A stretch of DNA of 64,000 nt from Macrostomum lignano (lineage: Eukaryota): positions 103,322-167,321 of the forward strand of contig NIVC01000610.1 of the NCBI GenBank assembly GCA_002269645.1. The letters run 5' to 3'. Under the pieces are notes generated by a model. That model searched no databases and was not told where the DNA came from. It saw only the letters and a list, made by a program, of their open reading frames with translations. Shown here in pieces: positions 1-64,000 of the stretch (within the stretch, counting starts at the first letter, position 1; the number at the start of each line of letters is the position of its first letter). The translations under genes and the position numbers were made by a program.

Positions 1-15617
<15,617 letters not shown>

Positions 15618-16071
15618 CTTGGCGGTGCGCTGTCCGCCTTCCTCTAAGCTGAAATGTCCCTAATCTGTTTTCAAAGACAACTAGATTTATTAAAAAAAAG
15701 ATTTTCGTAGGTAAGTATTTTCTGCAGAGTGTTGCAAATGCCAACCGGAAAAACTTATGCAATTGTTGCTCGATGTGTCTCTCTATCTTGCTTCATATTG
15801 GGCGAACTCTGCAAAACTCTTTGAGAAGCTGTTTGAGCACAAGTCCCAATGCAGTGTTTGCTGTCTCCTGCGTTTTGTGTGTCAGGCAATGTGCAGCTAT
15901 CTCTCTGCCCCCATTGTCTCTCTCTCCTTACCTGCCCTGTGATTTCTTTTGCCAGTGTGCATGCTATGTGTTTATGTGTAATTTCTTCCTTCTATATTTA
16001 GCACATCATGAATTTAACCAGCGGATAGTGGAGACACGGCTTAAGTGGGAAAGAATTCATTTTTCTCTCCG

Positions 16072-16104
<33 letters not shown>

Positions 16105-16705
16105 GGCTAGAATTGGATTGTAAAGGGTTGGAACTGTTCTTGAGGTGGTCGCTCTCGCATATATTTATCTAAAAACGTGCTCAAACAGCGGCTGCATCAT
16201 GGGATTGACGCATGATATTATTTTTGTCTTCTTCTGGCACAGATGTGTCTTTAAAGGTGTCTCATGAAGGATTAAATTTTTTCTGAAGAAATTTTTCTCT
16301 GCTAGAAAAGTGCAAATCGATCAGGGTTAGCAAGCAGGTACTGAGCAATTTTGGCTTTTGTTAAAAGCCTCTGCTCAGTCGGTAGCTCCACAGTGTGACG
16401 CGGAGCTGCTCAATGCTAGCACGAGATTGACAATAATGGCTTTTGCACACCCCACCGATTGCCAATACAAATAATTGAGTCGTCGCGCACTCAGAGGAGG
16501 AGTGAGTCAAGCCCCAAGCCATGCCATTCGATGCAATTTTCTCTAGCCGGCAAAATCTGCAGCTGTTCTCCCCTGAGAGCGATCTCTGAGATGGGATTAT
16601 ATACCAATTCGTTCTGGTCGCTCATGCTTGAGTCTCCAGATCGCTCTCAGTCGCAATCGCAAAACTGAGCAGACTATTCTACTTAGTTGATTTTGCATAG
16701 CAACT

Positions 16706-17041
16706 ATGGGTAGTCACTTGTTGCTAGGCACGCTACTATTGGTAGCCATAGCAACCGAGCCGGCCCTGGCGGGCAGCATTCGCTGCTACAAGTGCATCGG
16801 CTGCAACAAGGTGCACGCGTCGACCAACACTTCAATTGGAGATTTCTGTGTCAAGTCCATCACTAGGGACTCCGTATCCAGGGACGCTGGCACCGGGGTG
16901 TGCGTGAGCTCCGCCATCACGTACTGTTGCTACGAGTGGCTCTGCAATGCGTCGAGCTCGAATTTAGACTCGAAACAGCGGCGCTACTCGTCAGCTATGG
17001 TCTTTGTTGCTATCGCAGTCTTTATTTATTGGCCCGTCTGA
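16706..17041 (+). CDS. Ly6/uPAR (three-finger, CD59-like) protein, 111 aa, signal peptide and probable GPI signal
   Basis: Hydrophobic N-terminus, CYKC near the start, CC-x4-CN end motif, 8 Cys and a hydrophobic C-terminus. Splice acceptor 5 nt before the ATG (ttttgcatag|caactATG). AATAAA near 17157. Confidence 0.82.
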   Translation: MGSHLLLGTLLLVAIATEPALAGSIRCYKCIGCNKVHASTNTSIGDFCVKSITRDSVSRDAGTGVCVSSAITYCCYEWLCNASSSNLDSKQRRYSSAMVFVAIAVFIYWPV

Positions 17042-17257
17042 CACATCAGCTTTAAGTGTGATGGAAATCTTTAGTGTGAATAAGCGCTAACTATTTTCTG
17101 CCAGAGTGCTGTGCCATGTAATCCACGGACACTAACAAGCGCTAAATTTTATCTTAAATAAAACCGGCTAAGGCTTTTTTATACGCTCGTACTCAAATGA
17201 TCCCCTAACGCTTTTTGTTTAAATTTCGCTTCACTCGCTCCATGCCCTCAGTGATTA

Positions 17258-17820
17258 TAACTCACCTGTCCATGCCCTCAATCAGTGAATATAACTCACC
17301 TGTCCATGCCCTCAATCAGTGAATATAACTCACCTGTCCATGCCCTCAATCAGTGAATATAACTCACCTGTCCATGCCCTCAATCAGTGAATATAACTCA
17401 CCTGTCCATGCCCTCAATCAGTGAATATAACTCACCTGTCCATGCCCTCAATCAGTGAATATAACTCACCTGTCCATGCCCTCAATCAGTGAATATAACT
17501 CACCTGTCCATGCCCTCAATCAGTGAATATAACTCACCTGTCCATGCCCTCAATCAGTGAATATAACTCACCTGTCCATGCCCTCAATCAGTGATTATAA
17601 CTCACCTGTCCATGCCCTCAATCAGTGAATATAACTCACCTGTCCATGCCCTCAATCAGTGAATATAACTCACCTGTCCATGCCCTTAATCAGTGATTAT
17701 AACTCACCTGTCCATGCCCTCAATCAGTGAATATAACTCACCTGTACATGCCCTCAATCAGTGAATATAACTCACCTGTACATGCCCTCAATCAGTGATT
17801 ATAACTCACCTGTCCATGCC
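17258..17820. repeat. 34-bp minisatellite, about 16 copies, each carrying CAG|GTGAGT on the minus strand
   Basis: Unit tataactcacctgtccatgccctcaatcagtgaa. Confidence 0.93.
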
Positions 17821-18177
17821 GTCATTGTCGCCTGTCAAAGCAAGCAAAGCTCATTTTGAAATGGGATAATGTTGACACAATGGATAATAAATTCCCATGA
17901 AATCCTCAAAATCATCATCAATAGTCTTCTGATCGTCTATAGCTGTCAATCATTTTAGTACTAAAATATGACAATGGAATTGACGACTAACATTGAACTC
18001 ACTAAAAACTTTGAAAAGATTTTGTAATTTGAAACGATTTATTTCCTTTGAAATTTTTGCCTCGCTGTGATGGTATAAAATGCTACGTTTAACAATCGCA
18101 AAGCAGATTGAGAGACAGTTCCACGGACAAACTAAATGTTAAACTGAATAAAACTGAATAAAAAACTGAATAAGATT

Positions 18178-20588
18178 ATGCAAGCAAAATTCCATCCGGC
18201 CCTGCTGCTGCTGCTGCTGGCATTTCTGCTCTCTGCTCAGCTCGTAAGATAGTGCGATTTGAATATTTGTATGTGTATCCTTCCTTAATAAAAAAATAAA
18301 ACTCTTGCAATTACTGAAAGTTGTGCAGGACCATAGACACTGATGTTTTATGTCCTTGTGAGCGGTGCAGGACCATAGACACTGATGTTTTATGTCCTTG
18401 TGAGCGGTGCAGGACCATAGACACTGATGTTTTATGTCCTTGTGAGCGGTGCAGGACCATAGACACTGATTTTTATGTCCTTGTGAGCGGTGTAGGACCA
18501 TAGACACTGATTTTTATGTCCTTGTGAGCGTAGTAGGACCATAGACACTGATTTTTATGTCCTTGTGAGCGGTGTAGGACCATAGACACTGATTTTTATG
18601 TCCTTGTGAGCGGTGCAGAACCATAGGCACTGATGTTTTGTGTGTCTGTGAGCGGTGCAGGACCTTAGACACTTATGTTTTGTGTGCTTGTGAGCGGTGT
18701 AGGACCATAGACACTGATGTTTTGTGTGTTTGTGAGCGGTGTAGGACCATAGACACTGATTTTTATGTCCTTGTGAGCGGTGTAGGACCATAGACACTGA
18801 TTTTTATGTCCTTGTGAGCGGTGCAGAACCATAGGCACTGATGTTTTGTGTGTCTGTGAGCGGTGCAGGACCTTAGACACTTATGTTTTGTGTGCTTGTG
18901 AGCGGTGCAGGACCATAGACACTGATGTTTTGTGTGTTTGTGAGCGGTGTAGGACCATAGACACTGATTTTTATGTCCTTGTGAGCGGTGTAGGACCATA
19001 GACACTGATTTTTATTTCCTTGTGAGCGGTGTAGGACCATAGACACTGATTTTTATGTCCTTGTGAGCGGTGCAGAACCATAGGCACTGATGTTTTGTGT
19101 GTCTGTGAGCGGTGCAGGACCATAGACACTTATGTTTTGTGTGCTTGTGAGCGGTGCAGGACCATAGACACTGATGTTTTGTGTGTTTGTGAGCGGTGCA
19201 GGACCATGGGCAATGATGTTTTGCGTGTTTGTGAGCGGTCCAGAACCATAGACACTGATGTTTTGTGTGTTTGTGAATGGTGCAAGACAATAGACACTGA
19301 TGTTTTGTGTGTTTGTGAGCGGTGCAGGACCATGGGCAATGATGTTTTGCGTGTTTGTGAGCGGTGCAGGACCATAGACACTGGTGTTTTGTGTGTTTGT
19401 GAGCGGTGCAAGACAATAGACACTAATGTTTTGTGTGCTTGTGAATGGTGCAAGACAATAGACACAGATGTTTTGTGTCATTGTGAGCGGTGCAGGACCA
19501 TAGACACTAATGTTTTGTGTCCTTGTGAGCGGTGCAGGACCATAGACACAGATGTTTTGCGTGTTTGTGAGCGGTGAAGGACCATAGACACTGATGTTTT
19601 GTGTGTTTGTGAGCGGTGAAGGACCATAGACACTGATGTTTTGTGTGTTTGTGAGCGGTGCAGGACCATAGACACTGATGTTTTGTGTGCTTGTGAGCGG
19701 TGCAGGACCATAGACACTGATGTTTTGTGTGTTTGTGAGCGGTGCAAGACAATAGACACTAATTTTTTGTCCTTGTGAGCGGTGCAGGACCATAGACACT
19801 GATGTTTTGTGTGTCTGTGAGCGGCGCAGGACCATAGCCACAGATGTTTTGCGTGTTTGTGAGCGGTGAAGGACCATAGACACTGATGTTTTGTGTGCTT
19901 GTGAATGGTGCAAGACAATAGACACTGATGTTTCGTGTGTTTGTGAGCGGTGCAGGACCATAGTCACTGATGTTTTGTGTGTTTGTGAGCGGTGCAGGAC
20001 CATAGTCACTGATGTTTTGTGTGTTTGTGAGCGGTGTAGGACCATAGACACTGATGTTTTTTGTCCTTGTGAGCGGTGCAGGACCATAGACACTGGTGTT
20101 TTGTGTTTGTGAGCGGTGCAGGACCATGGACACTGATGTTTTGTGTGTTTGTGAGCGGTGCAGGACCATAGACACTGATGTTTTGTGTGTCTGTGAGCGG
20201 CGCAGGACCATAGACACATGTTTTGTGTCCTTGTGAGCGGTGCAGGACCATAGACACTTATGTTTTGTGTGTCTGTGAGCGGCGCAGGACCATAGACACA
20301 TGTTTTGTGTCCTTGTGAGCGGTGCAGGACCATAGACACTGGTTTACTTCAACAGTTCAATTCTTTTTATAATTTATTATTTGTCATAGTTCTATTCACG
20401 AGTATTCTAACTAAATACAGTCGACCGGTAATCTCAATCGAGTCGGAGGAGGAAGAAGTCCAGCCAATCCTGAGATGCGTCAAGGCCAGGTGGAGCAGCC
20501 GGAGGAGCACAGCTCGTCTGAAATTGGCAGCCCGCCGCTCTGCAGCCTGAGCAGCTATTGCGTGAATGACAGGCCGCCAGATGAGTGA
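18178..20588 (+). CDS. Two-exon small secreted protein, 77 aa (exons 18178-18243 and 20421-20588)
   Basis: Exon 1 is MQAKFHPALLLLLLAFLLSAQL ending |GTAAGA (phase 0). Exon 2 follows ttctaactaaatacag| and reads STGNLNRVGGGRSPANPEMRQGQVEQPEEHSSSEIGSPPLCSLSSYCVNDRPPDE-stop, in frame. Confidence 0.68.
18321..20342. repeat. 41/42-bp minisatellite, about 48 copies, in the intron of the secreted-peptide gene
   Basis: Unit gtgagcggtgcaggaccatagacactgatgttttgtgtgttt, with variants. Confidence 0.94.
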
Positions 20589-20769
20589 GATGGCAGCTTG
20601 CGTCATATAGACTCCCACGTGCGTCTCACTGAAAGGCAGTTATGAGCTCGTAAAATGACGCAAATATATAATATCTGACCGAAGCAAGGCATCTCGTTAA
20701 TTGGTTTTTCTCCGAGTACCTGAAGCTCTTTATTTGTTTTGTTGTCTTAGAGTTCTCTGCATGTAAGAG

Positions 20770-20942
20770 TCTGCCTCTCCACTCTGTCTCTTATCTATGA
20801 GTCTGCCTCTCCGCACTTTCTCTTATCCATGAGTCTGCCTCTCCGCACTGTCTCTTATCCATGAGTCTGCCTCTCCGCACTGTCTCTTATCCATGAGTCT
20901 GCCTCTCCGCACTTTCTCTTATCTATGAGTCTGCCTCTCCGC
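20770..20942. repeat. 32-bp minisatellite, about 5 copies
   Basis: Unit tcttatccatgagtctgcctctccgcactgtc. Confidence 0.85.
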
Positions 20943-21544
20943 TCCCTGTATGATATCTTATTAGTAAAGGAACGTATAAAATACTTAAAAATATTTCAGG
21001 CTATAGACGTTTTATGAAACACTGTAACCTTTGGTCAATAGTTAGTTAGGAGTTGTTTAAAAATTATTTCGTTGTATAGCTCGTATGTAGCACTTCATGA
21101 ATAATTTTTTCGAATTATTATATAAGTGAATATATATTTTTAACTTTATAAAAAATTGTCATAGCAAAGGGTAACTATTTTGTGCATGTCACAAATGATT
21201 CATTTTCAATATTAAATTTGAGATTCCATACAGAAAGTCAAGGAAGCTCCGGGATATCAGCTCGAATACTTGTACATCAGGATTAGCATTTGAAAGGCTC
21301 GATAATAAATACGTGGAATAAAAATTCATTTCAGCTACTAGAAGTAGGCGAATAGCGCAGCTATTCTGAAGCGATGCAAGCTAGCAAAAATTGAAGTCAT
21401 ATTCTTACTTATTTTAGTTATTTTAAAATTTGAGCGGAACTCTTGCAGATAAAAAGTCATTTTAGCTTAATAATGTCACAATAAAATTATTTTTTTCTTG
21501 ACTAGAATGCAAACGATTGTTTTTGTCAGCACCAACTGACATTC

Positions 21545-21836
21545 TCAAGCCAATCTCTAATCTCAAGCCTAATCTCTAATCTCAAACCAATCTCTAATCT
21601 CAAGCCAATCTTTAATCTCAACCCAAACCTCTAATCTCAAGCTAAATCTCTAATCTCAAGCCAATCTCAAATCACAAGCCAATCTCTAATCTCAAACAAT
21701 CTCTAATCTCGAGTCAATCTTTTATCTCAAGCCAATCTCTAATCTCAAGCCTAATCTCTAATCTCAAGCCAATCTCTAATCTCAAGCCAATCTCTAATCT
21801 AAAGCCAATCTCTAATCTTAAGCCAATCTCTATTCT
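21545..21836. repeat. 18-bp degenerate repeat
   Basis: tctctaatctcaagccaa variants. Confidence 0.85.
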
Positions 21837-21847
21837 CAGCTTCGCTG

Positions 21848-29696
<7,849 letters not shown>

Positions 29697-30106
29697 TGTG
29701 CGGCCGACAATGCAATTGCTTGCCGTAATTGTGAAAAATGTATATCAGGTCGATTTGAAAGTTTGATTCAGGTGGAAATTATGGAATGAAAAAACAAGTC
29801 AAAATTAAGCAGCCTAAATAAAACATTCAGGATCTAATTATAGTCAAGACTATTGTTAGTGCTTTTTTAAAGCATTAAAAAACGAAACGTACTTTAAAAA
29901 AAATAAATTATCAGTTATTAGCTAGTTATCTTGCAGTTACTTTATTTTAATGCGCTCAGGCGGACTTAAAGTTTTCGAGAATTTGAAATTGTTCCGATGT
30001 TTCCTGTAAAATTCTTAAGTAATTAGCAAGCCTTGTGTATTTCGTTATTAATCCACACTCCTCTGTACTTGTATTTCGCTTTCTACTGGAATAAATTGAT
30101 GATGTT
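29697..30106. promoter_or_regulatory. Probable bidirectional promoter between divergent ATGs (29696 minus, 30107 plus)
   Basis: Only 410 bp of AT-rich DNA separates the two inferred start codons. Confidence 0.5.

Positions 30107-64000
<33,894 letters not shown>

Noticed and set aside
17258-17820. CRISPR-like regularity of this and other 30-60 bp arrays
   Set aside because: The units are contiguous with no unique spacers, there are no cas genes, and the context is eukaryotic.

Overview
Eukaryotic, intron-rich genomic DNA with GC-rich exons and AT-rich or tandem-repeat-filled introns. The style and TTAGGG-like repeats suggest a free-living flatworm such as Macrostomum, but the organism is an inference. 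Five host genes can be assembled by hand from splice signals and protein similarity. (1) A type-2 ferlin (otoferlin/FER1L6-like) on the minus strand from ATG 15617 running off the window start. (2) A single-exon Ly6/three-finger, probably GPI-anchored protein (+, 16706-17041). (3) A two-exon 77-aa secreted peptide missed by the ORF track (+, 18178-20588). (4) A KIAA1549/UPF0606-like mucin-type single-pass membrane protein (-, 29696-21848). (5) Head-to-head with it, a neurobeachin-like NBEAL gene (+, from 30107 off the window end). A roughly 12.7-kb NBEAL intron holds a complete 9.5-kb Helitron (51344-60892, minus) with canonical termini and a 9-exon transposase made of STPR-like repeats, OTU protease, Zn finger, HUH Rep and Pif1 helicase. 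Most introns contain their own tandem repeat. The most unusual signals are: a 131-bp intronic insert, flanked by a 10-bp direct repeat, that mimics the LSU rRNA H69-H71 core (R2/I-PpoI target region); inverted copies of one minisatellite bracketing three NBEAL exons; a 27-nt microexon in a ferlin C2 Ca2+-binding loop; and a His/Asp-rich insertion in the ferlin. Many single-base deletions in short homopolymers across the genes suggest uncorrected long-read errors. All protein and rRNA comparisons are from memory; no search was run.
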